64,000 bases of DNA from Fimbriosthenelais zetlandica (taxonomy: Eukaryota), in assembly GCA_977030845.1 (NCBI GenBank), contig OZ365113.1:13888001-13952000 (forward strand), in the 5' to 3' direction. Under the pieces are notes generated by a model. That model saw nothing but the letters and a program-made list of their open reading frames with translations, had not been told where the DNA came from and did not search any database. How positions within the stretch are numbered: position 1 is the first letter of the stretch; the number at the start of each line of letters is the position of its first letter. Made by a program: the position numbers and the translations under genes. This document shows, one piece after another, positions 15,601 through 29,064 of this stretch.

Positions 15601-15973
15601 GGCCCATGATCACTTATTACACCAATAATGTATTGCTCAACCCCTCACTGTGGCAGTTCCTGCACCAAGGACATGCTGATAAACATTATTGGAGCTTTAC
15701 CAGCGGTGTGTTGATTGGTAATTTGTGGGTTTATGTGAATCACTCTCAGTGTAATCTTCAGGGCTGTAGTTAGCCCATGCACCCTAGAAGCTGCCTGCTT
15801 AATAAAGCACACTGGCCAATACACTACATCTCCTGTCTCCCTATTCTAATTGTAAGCTGCAATAGGTGATGTCAATTATACTAGGTTTGGGATGTACACG
15901 TTAAAATAAAGCAGACATTTCAAGGTTCTGTAATTGCTGGATATAACAGCCATAGCATTACTTATGTTATAAT

Positions 15974-16046
15974 CAGGAGCCCATTTCAAAAGAAAAATTA
16001 GCTATAGACTTAGCATTGCTAATTTTTCTTTTGAAATAGGGCCCTG
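15974..16046. mobile_element. Tiny MITE-like hairpin (terminal inverted repeats, 15-nt spacer)
   Basis: Perfect 20-bp inverted repeat ATTTCAAAAGAAAAATTAGC (15983-16002 and 16018-16037), extending to 26/29 bp with CAGG...CCTG ends; no clear TSD. Confidence 0.65.
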
Positions 16047-16779
16047 GTAGTCTTAAGTTCACAGAATCCCAAGTATTTCAGAGTGGATATCAGTTGAATT
16101 CAAGGGCATAAATGTATAACGTTAGATTGCGCATATTGGTGATGTATGTCATAGAAATATTATGACTTAATAGACTGGCATAAACTAGTGGGAGATGATA
16201 ATGGATGTTTAAAGGTTGTCTTCTTATGGTCAATTCTAGACGTAAAATTCAAGTCCCGGATCAACATATCACTCATCATGTCTGTGATAATGAGACATGA
16301 GGATCAATATTCTACCAGGTGAGTTCCATTCCATACCCCGACTCTCTGCCTTTTCCTCGGTCAAAAATGATGTGCGCTTTCAAATGTGGAGATTATAATC
16401 CACATGAACACATTGTTCGAGCTTCTAAATAATACTGTGTATTTTTCCTTGTCACTGTAAACAAAGGTATATGTGGCAGTATTTAGAGGTGTAGGTCATA
16501 TCAGGCGTGCTAATGATATAGCTCACCACCAATCTTCCTATAGGCCTGCAGTATAAGGAATTTGGGTAAGGGGAGACATGCAGCAGCTGCGTCACTATCC
16601 CATACTACACATCGAGCATATCTATAGATGACCTTAGGTTCATTTCCACAACTCATTTATATGGACCTACATTTCTATCTGACATTATTTACATCAAAAT
16701 ATAATGTTTGAGCATTACATCCCTGATATAATGATATGCTTTATGTACATAAAGTCAATGAGAGTTGCCATTACAATAT

Positions 16780-17500
16780 TATAAGTTCTGAATAGCAATA
16801 TAAGTAGGAATCAATATCATAGAATTTCCGGGAACAAGTGCAGGGGGATTCAGGACTGTATCCTCAAAGTAGTTCAGATATTTGTTCACGTCTGAATATG
16901 GACAAAAAGGGAAGGAATATTGTGACATGAATGGAGGCATTGGTTCTCTGGAGCGTTCTACCCCAGATAACCGCCGGATTGTATTATAAAAGGCGATAAG
17001 CCCAGGGTGACTAGATATTAGCTTCATGTGTCGTCAGAGACTGGCAAACAAAATCAACAAGAATATCTTCTTCTGACTCTCACATTACTGCAGTATTTAT
17101 GACTGGGAACATATTTGAAAAAACTGTATCATGGGTCAAACCTCCAATATTCTCAGACATAAATGGTCTAATGACACTGTGAGTGAGGAAATGTATTGGG
17201 TGACAAGTTGGTTTCGACATGGGAAATGTTAGAGCAAGTCAGCAACAGCAATTGTATGCCTCCCAGGTGATATGAGAGTGCACCGATGATTGGTCAATCA
17301 TCTTAACTCTCAAAATACCAGCCGCATTGACCACACATTTCTGGCTACTTTTAGAAGAAGGCACATTCGTATTTCTCAGGCTTCCACGGACAAAACCGAA
17401 GATCCTGTTTGGAGGGACGAGATAAATTCACCAGAAGGGAGTTTTCCCCAGGCATAGGACCCAAGGTGAAGTTATGGATTATGATTACCTTTGAACTGTC
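16780..17500 (-). mobile_element. Possible ancient CR1-like LINE remnant
   Basis: NRIFGFVRGSLRN resembles ANRTLGFLRRNL; downstream IAFYNTI and QYSFPF resemble the C-terminal YKI and YSFFP motifs; multiple frameshifts. Confidence 0.3.
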
Positions 17501-20500
17501 AACCACTGGTCATGATGGGACCATATGTAGCAGTCGTGAAAATTGGATCAATTCACCTATATTTTAGCAAGACATAATACAATTTAAACCTAAAGACTTT
17601 TGCCCCGATTTACCAATATTAAGATCCATCACTTCCCTTACATGATTAGAAGGGAAATGAATGAATGTCTGACGATACAGCACAAGACAAAGCAGCTGTG
17701 AATGGAGTCCACAGTAGATATAGCAATTAAGGTAAAATGTATAAGGCATATTCTCCCCATCTGACCCCTGGATGCAATTACATAACACATGTATATAGAT
17801 GGACGTCTTACTCTTAGTCGGGCAGCTGCAAATATCCTGTTTAAATATTCAACATTAAGGGATGCTTTTCCTATCAGGGACGTGTGTCCTGGAATGGCAT
17901 CACCTTCATCAGTTCAGGAAATTGAGTTCACATATGAAAGTAAATCACCCCAATATCCCGCTGCCTAAATTAGGTTAATGACAGTTTTAAATGGACATTT
18001 AACTTTTAAGCGGAAAGATAGCGGACAGGTAATTTGACATAAAGAAAGGGAACTAAAACAAGCAAATTAGTGAAGAAGCAGTTGAATATAGAAAGAGACA
18101 TTTGGATGCCAGCCTTTCACACGGACATTAGAATCAGATATCAAGCATCAGTGAGCAAAAAATACAGTAGGATAAATACATACAAAAAGTGTTATGAATA
18201 TAGAGGCAGTCTGACCCCCTGAGGGCAACTAAAGCTGTAGAAGAAAGGAGAGGAGAGTGGGTACCACTATCAGACAAAGAACATTTTACTGCATTTGATG
18301 TTTGTTCAGCTAAAAGAAGAGACATCTTTCGACATTTGTCAATAGCGACATTGCCACAAGGACCTTAGACTTTGTTGTCCTATTCCTAACTGAGTTACCG
18401 ATCTAGCAATCCTCACCCATCACTTTAAAACACACTGTGATGAAAAGAAAGGCATTGAACTTCAGTACCAATCTAACTGGTAATTTACTTCAGCCCTCAG
18501 GCTCCTGTCAATAATAAGATAAATGACTTGTATGCGCTGAAAGAGCCTCTCCTCTATCCAAAAAAAATAGTCATCGCAGAAGAAAACTACATTCTCGTTC
18601 TTAGTCTAATCAATTGAGATATATCCGTCTTCCTGGTAAGTCTAAATACTAGAATGATCAGTGATGGATGCGATGGATTCTAGAAAAATGCATTTATTAT
18701 ATTTCTGACTCAGCCGTTTAGTCATATCGAGCATAAATCTTCAATTATGTCTGTAGTAGTCTATATCATGAGTTCTCCATCTTTCGGACTTGGCCCTTGG
18801 GTCCCATAGCATTGATTTTTCATAGAGGCTATTGTCTTTATGGCTCTCTACTAGCGGCTGATTTATATTCGTATTTCATATAGCCCTAGGCCTTGTGTAT
18901 TTCTATATCAAAGATCACTTTGCAAGACACGTAGTACTGCATGAACCACGAATCTCTAGCGAATACCTGCAAGGTTCTAATAATTAAGCAATCATGACGA
19001 TACATCAATTAATAGTGACGGTTAGAAACAAGTCTTTCTTATCCATGATACATAAGATTGCATGTGCATTGCCTTGTGGGTAGGCTATTTCAATTAGGTG
19101 CAGTTTATCCGTTGCTCTGGCCAAGAAACCTGTCCCACTTGGACATCGATTGCATGAGGCTCAATCAACAAGTAATTAGGACTAAAGTATAATCCTTTGC
19201 AAGTAGTCTCTGTTCCTGAGCCTGGTAACTGCTATATTTCAGTGGGACTGACCGACTCACCCTCGCGAACTTCTATATACTCTTGCCTTTTCCACTTGAA
19301 AATCTTTCTATTTTGAAAATTTGTCTATAGTGTACAATATGCCTTATTTTATGTTGTGCATTTTATGTTGAAAATATAGTATCAGGTATAGAAGAGATAC
19401 GACGTTTTAAATGATGGTTAAGTACGTCAATTCAAGGTTAATATATAAATGGGTTCACGAAGAAGCTGGACAGGAGGAAACATTGTAATGGAACACAAAT
19501 ATTAATCATTTCATTCATTTACACGCCCTCTAGCTGCTGACTTTATCTATAAATAATGTATCCCTCATGCTGGGTCTTATTGGTTTAGGACAGGCGGCTC
19601 TCTCCACTATTGGCAATGTATCCCCTGGAGGCCAGACAATACTTTTGTTCTTCATTCTTCACAAAACCACCAAAGACAGCAAAGAACTTCATCAATGTTC
19701 GCTTCAAGCACCAACCGGATGAAGCGACTCGCATGTGATAAAGTTAGCGACGTAGAAAAATGATGTGGGTGGCAAGGTTATAGTTGCTTAGCTACTTTGA
19801 AGCTGATAAAAAAACGAACTTCGCAAGAATCTTTACAAATCAAGGCATAAAAGTGGCACTGCAGAGGATATAAAAAGGGAGATCAGAAGGGAAGAGTATT
19901 GGAAAGCTAAATGAATTCAGCAGTACATGTATATTCTGCAGGCTGTAAATCATTAAGGAAAAGTAGAAATTATGTCTTATTATGTTGAAGCATAAACTTA
20001 TAAGTAAACTGTAGGCCAACATATCCTACTTCATGATTAAGACCATTCTCTCACGATTAAGAACAACCGTGGTCTGGTCAGATGGAAAACCCCAGTATAG
20101 CATCCACTCGGCTGATATCACGGTTCTCCAGTTCTTATGAATATGTTTGCTTGACACTCGGGACAAAGTGCGAACTGCCAGCTGACCCCTCACTGGCATT
20201 TGATCTGCCAATCACCGGCCACTGTGCTGAGAGATGTGAAATGTACAGAGGTATTAGTCTGAGCCAGGGTAGGAGACTATGTCCTCTGTCCATACTGTCC
20301 ACCAGAGATGAGCTCATGGGTGGAGGACATTCCAAAGTATCCTGGATACAGCCAGTAGGGTTTTACTGAAGACAAAGCTCATTCAGCACATCTCAGAAAA
20401 ACACTTCCAATGATGGTAATTTAAATTAAACCCTGAGGAGATCGACACAAGTGAAAAATTAAAGGAGCAGAATGTGCACAGGGAATGTTAGAAACTGGAA

Positions 20501-22531
20501 ATGTTCTATACTTTGAAAAGGAGCAGTTCTAACATATTACAGGATGTTTTTGCAAGGCACAACAGATGATCATGTTACAGGCATGTGAAATGTGTTGGTA
20601 TATATATCTATTAAAAAAGAATCAAAGAACATGGCTTCACTTTTGATTTAGTTGACATATCTTTGGTGGGCCAAAGGGCAATTTCAGAGGGCATTTCAGA
20701 CCAAAGCCAATCTAAAAGGCTATCTCGAGGGGGACAAGGTACAGGCCTTATTGATTTGGAATTCACCATCACAGAACAAAAATAAGAGGATGACTGGGAA
20801 GCAGACATCCCCAATAGCACGACAGACAAACAACCAGATATGAGATATTCACACGCGGTATAGATTAAAGTAATGAATAGAAGCATAATACATTTGTAAA
20901 AGGTTGCCTTAGCAATCTTGTAATCGAAGTTATTAAAGAAAGAAGGCATAATTTCTCGTTTCATCTGTATGTCATACCAACTTTCCTTAAAATCCCATGT
21001 TCTTGACAGACGATGCATGGGTGAAAGGTTTTGACAAATCACAACATTAAAACTAAGCAGATCTGAACCCAACAGTGTAGCGGGAGTCAGTGGAGATTGC
21101 TCTCTCCAAAAAGAAGAAATTCGACTTGAGATGGCGACATATTTGATCTGTCAAATGGCGGTCTGCTAGGTCCTTTTTGTAGAAATATAGGAGAAGGGAA
21201 GGGAAAGGCCTGAGGGAGGGATGCTCAGGTTGCCTTTAACGAGACGCAAAGATGGGCTGTAGTTCTTGCGGGTGGGTGGATCTTGAGGTGAGCGGATTAA
21301 GGAAGTTTCCCAAACGGCAGAGAGCAGAAGAGAGGCTTTGTAGATGTTTAAACAGAGTAAAATGTGGTGTAAACTCTACTAAATCCTTTAAAAGGGTGTG
21401 AAGCAAAGCCGCGAGGAAGATGGGGGAAGGGAGTCGTTTTGTAAAGGGACAGTTGTAAATTGTGATATATATGTATCATAAATCTTTAAATAAAGATTAG
21501 TATATTCTGTGCATTAGTGACAACTTGACTGGATTGGGGGATGCAGAGCGCAAGAGAGGTGGGTCCCAATGAATAAGCACAAATAATTATTTCTCTTTGG
21601 TCACTGCTTTGGATGTAGCTGAACTCATTTCAAGATCCCATTAAACAAAATGAGATAACCCCTCTTTATTTAAACGTTATGAGAGTTTTTCAGATCCCGG
21701 GAGCAAAAAGGGTTTGGTGGCTAGCTTTGTGGCAATATTGATTTCTTGACGAAGAAGCAGATTGCATTTCTTTTGCTAGGCTGCGGAGATTAAACGAGCA
21801 AGGCAAATACATACCATTCCCAGCACATAGTCAAGACGTGTTTGATAGGAAAAAATCAATGAGTGTTGTCCTCTACTGGAAAAGCTTAAGACTTATATAA
21901 AAGAAGCTATAGATGGGCCACTGTCAGGTTTCTCGCAGTAATTATGTTCTTGAACATTTTAATTCCCCACACTGAAATTCAATGTGATTAAGCGCTTTGA
22001 AAAATGGACGCTTGCCTATCCTGTGTATGTCGACAGCCTACCAGGCAGACAGATTTCGGCCCGAATTTCTCATCCAATGATCTAATCCTAACAGGCGAAC
22101 ATTGTTCTGCTGTGATCTTTAATTAATAGTTTTCTTTATATATAACAATTTCCCAACCTTGGTAATACACAAGGACATGAGATAACTTCAGGAAGTTCAT
22201 GAACAGTCTTTTGCTGGAAGTCTCAGGACCTTCTTTAGCACATGCATATATAAATACACTTCTGCGTTTTACACATCAAGTTATATGGATCGCTGATATT
22301 TTGCTAGATTACACATTTAGCAAACTTTAATTTGGAATCCATTCATGATCTCACCTTTCAGGATACAAAAAACCGGCTTTTAATAGTCATCGATAGGCAC
22401 AATTTAAGGGGAGAGGATACTAGAGGCATGTGGGATGAAGTTGGGTCATCAGACAGTGTTGGAAGGTCCGTACTTCTTACAAAGAGTAACAGCGGCCAGC
22501 TAATTCACGCTGTGCTCCCTTTACCGAGCCA

Positions 22532-22569
22532 CCAATGACGCCAACCAATGACGCCAACCAATGACCGCC
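22532..22569 (+). repeat. 13-bp tandem repeat, about 3 units, each with a CCAAT box
   Basis: CCAATGACGCCAA CCAATGACGCCAA CCAATGACCGCC. Confidence 0.85.
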
Positions 22570-22987
22570 TTTAGACACACAAAAGATTTATGACAGTGTC
22601 TCAGGGCATAAGTCAAGTTCCTCAATGCTCCACATTTCCTGCCAATGTACCATGAAATTCCCACATCATTGCCTTCATCATTTCTCCCAATATTGGACGT
22701 GCCAGCCCACAACACAGGTTCCACCCTCTTCATGGCAATTGGCCGAAGCAGCGGATTGTGAGGAGCACATGACCAGCATTCTTGTTACGCTATATTTCAT
22801 ACCAAAAACTTCTGCAGGGGCAACAGGGCTATTGGGCTGAGAACATATATGGCATGTAAAAACGCTATAGACTGTATTAGGCCTATAATATATTGTTGGA
22901 ATAAAGGTAATTGCTTGATTCAAAAAGGAAGGCGCGAAAAATGAGAAGTTTGACGTAGGCGGAACCATCAGCACCAATTAAAGGGAC

Positions 22988-23118
22988 CAGGGGCCTGTTT
23001 CAGCGTAACAATTTCCCATAGACTTAGCATTGGTAATAGTTCATCTGAAACATACCATGCATATCATGCATGGGAAATCTGCGAACCAATATCCATTAAA
23101 TTACAAAGCTGGAAACAC
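22988..23118. mobile_element. Second, longer degenerate member of the same MITE-like family
   Basis: Starts CAGGGGCCTGTTTCA (13/15 to the hairpin terminus), shares the identical 15-mer ATAGACTTAGCATTG (23018-23032 vs 16004-16018), ends with a degenerate GCTGGAAAC inverted end. Confidence 0.5.
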
Positions 23119-26100
23119 AAGTAAGTGGTCTAAGGTAAGAGCTAGTAATGGAGAGCTCTCATGGACATCTATCAAAGAACTGTGGCTATGAACAATAGTG
23201 GGGGAAGGCAAATACACTGAGCACTGTATATGCCAGTATCCTCTGTTATTGCATTCATGCCTCATGCATCACATATACCAGATGATGGTAGTACTGTCGG
23301 GAACACAACCCAACACACCCAGAGCTTTATAGATGAAAATGATTCTAGATATTAAAAGAAGATGCCATGGCAATATCTGGCAATAGCCATAAACTTCAAG
23401 CAACACTATCCACAATCTGACACAATCCAACTTCTTTTGGTCCCCAAATATGGGACTCTATTGACAAAGCAATATCTCGTTGCTACGTGTGCAGTGTTGT
23501 ATTTGAAGGTGGCTACTGACAGGATTTTATCTGGTCAAGTTCTCAACAAAAGGGCTCAAGGGTCTAACAGATTTTGTTCTAGTATTTTTTTTTAATTCTA
23601 CAGTCAACAAGGAAGGAAGTTGATCTCAAAACGCCATTGGTATATATCCAGTAGACAGTGGGACCCTGATAGTCGTTTAGTATGTATTGCCATATATTGT
23701 ATAGAGTCTTTTCAGTCTCTCCTCTTTACCCAGTAGGCCGGGATGGCCCATTGTCATGCTCAGGCCATCCGCATAAGTCTTAGACTGGGCGACTCACATG
23801 TCTTCAATGAGGCGCTCGATGTCTCAGGTCCTCAGTCCAATCTACCTCTGCAAAGCCAACAAAAATAAGACGGCCCTGACACATTAAGTCTAACAGAGGC
23901 CTGGTATAATAGGATCTTAAACAGGTATAAGCCAGGGACGCCAGCTTGATCAGGGGTCAAATGAAGTAATCCCAACCTTTACAATTCACAAGGTCAAAGG
24001 ATAGGATTTAATCAATCAGGGCAATGGATAGGTCTTGTACATGCACTCTATAACCATTGAAAGATAAATTTGCTAATGGTCATATTCGTGAACAGATGAG
24101 ATGTAAAAACAATTCCCCGGAGCCTTGCTGGAGCATACATAACGTCATTTGGCTTAGTCGTGATGAAAAGGTCCCAAGGTAACGCACTGGCCCTTAGGGT
24201 GGACTTGCTGACCAATGGAGGGCCACCCGTGGTGACATAAGCGCATCACTTGTAATGTCCCCTGATGGTTAAATGGGGCCAGGATTTATGTAACTTCTAT
24301 CCTGGCCCCTGCAGGCTGCTCTGAGCCGTTCAGCTTAGAACCCACCGACAGCTCTATATTCACACCAATGCATACATAGTCTAGCTCAGCACCTTATGAT
24401 TTTCTGGAGGCCCCAAGCCTCCTTCACTATTCGGAATCATCAGGTATGTGGGTAGATAGATAGATATTCCCCGCATGGAATCTCTAGATAATCAATTTCG
24501 ATATTTTTCTGCCCAATGGACTTTCACGGAGATAAGACCCCCTATATAATACACCTACATAACTTCCTTATATATAAGGTTGAAATTTTCCGCTAGGTAC
24601 CTAATATTTCACAGATGCAGCGAGACTGGCAGGTATATGTGCGGCATGCCTGTTTAGAAGCATACTAAATTCCAACCATCCTTGTCAATATTCTCAATGC
24701 AACGGTGCATCTTTCACACCCAAGGAATGGCAGTTTGACATATGTAGGCCTCTGCCTGTACACTGTTCCACCCTTGCACAGCTGTCTTGGATCCAACATT
24801 CACCAAAGAGGTGTGGTTTGACCGAACAGATAACAAGTTTTGTCACGTTCCCCTATCACGCAAACACAAATGTGGCTGACGTCATCAAAAGATGTACATG
24901 TATGTACCCGGATTCTCATCTTGGTGGGGCTGTCATCAGGGTAAGGGACACCGATGGTAAAATTAAGTATTTGAAAAGCGGGAGGAAAAATGACAAGATT
25001 GGAAGTATAGACAACGGGCATAATGGATGATATAAAGAGCAAGAGGTTGAAGAACTTTGAACTTTTCAATTGTCTAGACTGATTAGACAATAGAGAACAG
25101 TACGCTCAATATAGAGTCTGTGGATCAGACACGATGGAAAAGGTTACCACAATGCAAATTGCCCAGGGATTAAATCGGATTGATGGATTCGTTCCAGAGT
25201 GTGTTTACCCTCTTAGACTGTGATTTTTTTCCAGGATGTATAATATACTACATCAATCTGAGGATACATATATACAATATTTCCAGCAGAAAACCTCAAC
25301 TTTGTAATGAAAACCTCCCTTCTTCCTGCATATACGTGTAGATTTACATTGAGTATGGCGCCTGGTGAAAGCAGGTGCAGCTGAACATAAAGGCTAGCCA
25401 CTTAGACAGCTTCTCGTCCATTGTCAGCAGGAATTAAGCCGGGATTTCAGGCTTCATTTTCTGACTACATCAAAGGTTTACTTTTGAAAAGGATTACATA
25501 TCATGGTAATGGAATCCTCTTATGTCTCGGCTCGATGGAGAAAAGATTTATAATGGATGTTGATAAACGTGAAATACTGATTTCAGAATGGTTCCATTTT
25601 ACGTCTCGCCCACTGTATAATAGGATTCAGGCTCCAGTCTTTCTCGGGACAATACTGTTCATCATACAAATAGAAATCTAAATAGTAATGCCACATTTGT
25701 ATGAGTATTATAACAAGATTGTATACATCCCTTTCTAACTATTATGAATACATACTGCAGCAAATGTTAGATAAATAAATGTTTTCTGCATGTGTTATTC
25801 TCCTGATAATTATTACATTAAAACTGTCACTATACACCACACCGAAATAAATTGAAATAAAATGCCTGAATGTCATTATGGTTTCATTGTAACTTTTCAA
25901 GTGTAATTCCCCTCCATCGGGTTGGATTTTGCCAATGCTTTTTACAGAAAATTTGTGATTTGTTTTCTCCTGAGAACCAAAAGAGACCCCATCAATTACC
26001 CCTTGTGTAATCAACCCCTATCATTACTGTCCTCTCCCATGCCTTTAAAAGAATTCACTGACAGGTCGTGAATGCTGTTCGCTGAGGCGCCAACTGAAGG

Positions 26101-26382
26101 CACTGAAAAAGCTTTCCTTTCCAGTCAAGGCAATATTCACTTAAAAAGGTCCACAGGGACCACTTCTCCTTTTTGCCAACACCACTAGCGCATAATAGAA
26201 ATATATCTGGGCGAGATTCAATATGAATACAAATGTATATTTTTATTTCCAAAATGAAGTTATATAAAAGTGAATTCCAATGAAAAAGGGACTGCCGTGG
26301 GCGTCATATAAATGAAGAAGGCAATTTGCTCTGCCGGGAAACATATGGTATTTTAGTTTCCAATTAAAGTTCTTCCAATTAA

Positions 26383-27592
26383 ACGACTCAATCGTTTTTG
26401 CCAAAAGTAAAATTAAATTCTAAAATTTCTATGTACGCTGATGATACAGCTTTTGTAATTTTGGGTAAAGAGATAGACTGCTTAGCAAGGAAAATGCAGT
26501 TAGATATCAATGCTTTTCAACTCTGGTGTACGAATAATGGTCTTAAAATCAACTATAAAAAAACCATATTTCAAGTTTGCGGCACAGTACATTGTTTAAA
26601 TAAGCTTAATGACATTCCAAACCTATACTGTGGTGGTCACCAGATTACGCACAAGAAAGTTGTTAAATATCTTGGTGTGAATTTGGATAATAATTTATGT
26701 ATGAACGCTAACATCACACAAACTTTGAATAATTATTATTCAAGACTTGGTCTTTATGTGAAGCGCAGACATTTAATGAACTACGATACAGCTAAATTAA
26801 TTTTAAAAAGTTATATCCTTCCTGTAATTGAAACAAATAATATATTTAACTTTTCTGCAAATGAATTAGATGTCAAGCGTATTGACGTGGCCTTTAATAG
26901 ATCTTTGCGCTATTGTACACTCATGAATAATTACACCCCAGTTGAAACTTTATTTGATGCTGTTAAATTACAAAGACTGAATATTAGGCGTATGATAAGG
27001 CTACTATGTATTATGTTCCATTACCGTACTGATAGGTCACTACTGAAACACTCAACAATTAATGTTAGAATTTTTGATGGACCAATTTTTAATATAGAAC
27101 GATTTAAATCCACAAAATTTAAGAAAAATATTTGGTATATAGGCAGAGTAAATTGGAATAAATTACCTGCTAATATACGATTAATAGATGATTATGACCT
27201 TTTTAAATGCCGGTTAAAAGTACATTTTTCTAATGATTGAGCCTTTGGTTAGGACTTATTATTACTGCTGTAGATTTGAATTTTTTTTGTAAATTGTTTG
27301 TCTGACCTTTTTATTTTTCAAGACTTTAAGTGTGTTACAGCAGGTGTTTAAGTGTTAATAATGCAGAGATTAGTGGTTTTTATAGTCGCTGTTTTTTTTT
27401 GTTTTTTTTTTTGTTATGTTTTTAATGTGTTAGTTATTCGTATAATCAAATATAATTGTAATTTCTTTTGTATCAATTAATCAATGTATTGTATTACAAA
27501 TTTGTTAATTATATAACTATCCTGTATATTGTAAATATTGTAAACTAGGACTGCCTGAAAATACACCGTAAGGTGGAATTGGTTCAAATAAA
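26383..27592 (+). mobile_element. 5'-truncated non-LTR retrotransposon (CR1/L2-group LINE): RT C-terminal part, T-rich 3' UTR, terminal stem-loop and AATAAA
   Basis: Uninterrupted ORF 26398-27240 with MYADDT, KYLGV and C-terminal WNKLPANIR...FKCRLK; 3' UTR with T tracts at 27392-27412; AATAAA at 27587-27592. Left boundary approximate. Confidence 0.9.
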
Positions 27593-28713
27593 AGTGTCCA
27601 CAAAACTCCAAAAAAAATCCCACAATTCATACCATCGATGATGGGTCATAATTAACATGTACAGTGAGCCTCACACTTGTATGTGTCCTCGTATTAGGAA
27701 CATATAACATATAATGCAATTAACACGTTTCCTACACTTTAGGAAGGGCCGTGGTGTCTGGCTTTGAGGCAATGATGAAAGACACTGGCGGGCACTGTAA
27801 TTTGAACCCCGAGAGGTCATCTTGGCCATTTTCTGACTGAAATCATAATGTCCAATGACAGTTCGTCTTAATAAAGGATTCAGATGACCGACCTAGAGGC
27901 CCACAGTGTCAGGAAAAGTTGCTGGGCGATAGAAAAAAGGTAATTTCTTCTTTCATGACAAGAAATGGCAATGAGAGAAAGGGCAATTCAAGTAAATGTT
28001 TTGAATGTGGTCTCGTAGTCAACAGGGCATATGGTTACATCTATAGTCAGTCTAAAAGTGTGTGAGGAGGCAGGTTCTGCACAGTAGATGTTCTCTCAGA
28101 AATAAAGATGACTTCCAAGTGCCCGTCAAACTGAATTATAGGATATGATCCCGATTCATTATACTCCACAGTCCTACTTCGATTATAAATCAATCGGTAC
28201 TATATATTGATCATTTTGCTCCCACTCTTCCTCCGTTTGTTGAACCAGGCCCATAGTTACTGTACATCCCTCAGGTTCCGCCATATTAAAAACCTGAATG
28301 GGGAAATCATAAAGATAACTGCTTAAGGCAGATGTCGGCATTCACATATCAAAACATTGTTCTCTGGTCTCCATCCACTGGGAACGTAATCATAATGAAA
28401 GGAAGTTTTATTTTACAGTTATCGCAGTGTGAGGGGATCAGTATGTTCAGTGAAACACTTTGGAACAGATATGACTCCAAGGTCTGTTACAGACTTTATG
28501 ACTGCCCCGACACAGGTTAATATAGACGGCACATGCTGATATGCTAGCTATGGTGGTGATATTAACTTACACTTAAGTATAATCACAATCAATGAAATAC
28601 ATTTGCCTAAGATGTCCATATCTAATGCAGAATAGAGCTGTAACCAAGGCAGATTACAGTATGCAGCTTCGCATCATGAAGGGATGCATTTTGTGGTTTC
28701 AAGCTCACATGCA

Positions 28714-29064
28714 TAGTGGCGCTAAAGTGTCACCGTTATGTTTCTGATCCCTCATTGAGAAACCTGATGCATTGTTATGCAATGAGGGGAATGTACATAC
28801 TGTTTTGTACAATCATGTGTGAGTTACAACATGCTTGAATTGGGTGATAGATAACCTATGCATGCACCGTGCGGGGTAGAAAAGAATTTTTCGCCAGTTC
28901 TCCACACTGTCAAATGCCTTAGAAAGGTCCGTCCCCTTACCCGGCCCCTTACAGTCGACAGTCTCCATGGTGTCTGTCCTAATTATACTGCTTGTAAATG
29001 AACTTAATGTGGCCTTGAGGTTAGTGTAGAGTGGGTCAGAGCTAACGTAGAAGAATTCCTCCTG
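28714..29064 (-). mobile_element. Degenerate reverse-transcriptase remnant (non-LTR type)
   Basis: DLSKAFDSV at 28929-28903, preceded by QEEF (QxGF-like); GDTLAPL at about 28734-28714 resembles QGDxLSP; interrupted by stops. Confidence 0.5.

Noticed and set aside
20611-21072. 153-aa minus-strand ORF
   Set aside because: Non-ATG start, no domain motif or convincing splice signals; faint L1-RT similarity is not supportable.
23740-23880. LIFVGFAEVDWTEDLRHR on the minus strand, resembling the Ty1/copia RNase H start GYSDADWAGD
   Set aside because: Single weak motif with no following STSG or SKKQ motifs.
24615-24632. 18-nt micro-exon-like ATGCAGCGAGACTGGCAG flanked by ACAG and GTATAT on the plus strand
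   Set aside because: No host gene identified on that strand; such flanks occur by chance.
24818-25681. Protein-like stop-interrupted plus-strand frames (HLGGAVIRVRDTDGKIKYLK; EQYAQYRVCG; KRFIMDVDKREIL)
   Set aside because: No recognisable family; could be a decayed pseudogene but cannot be supported without a search.
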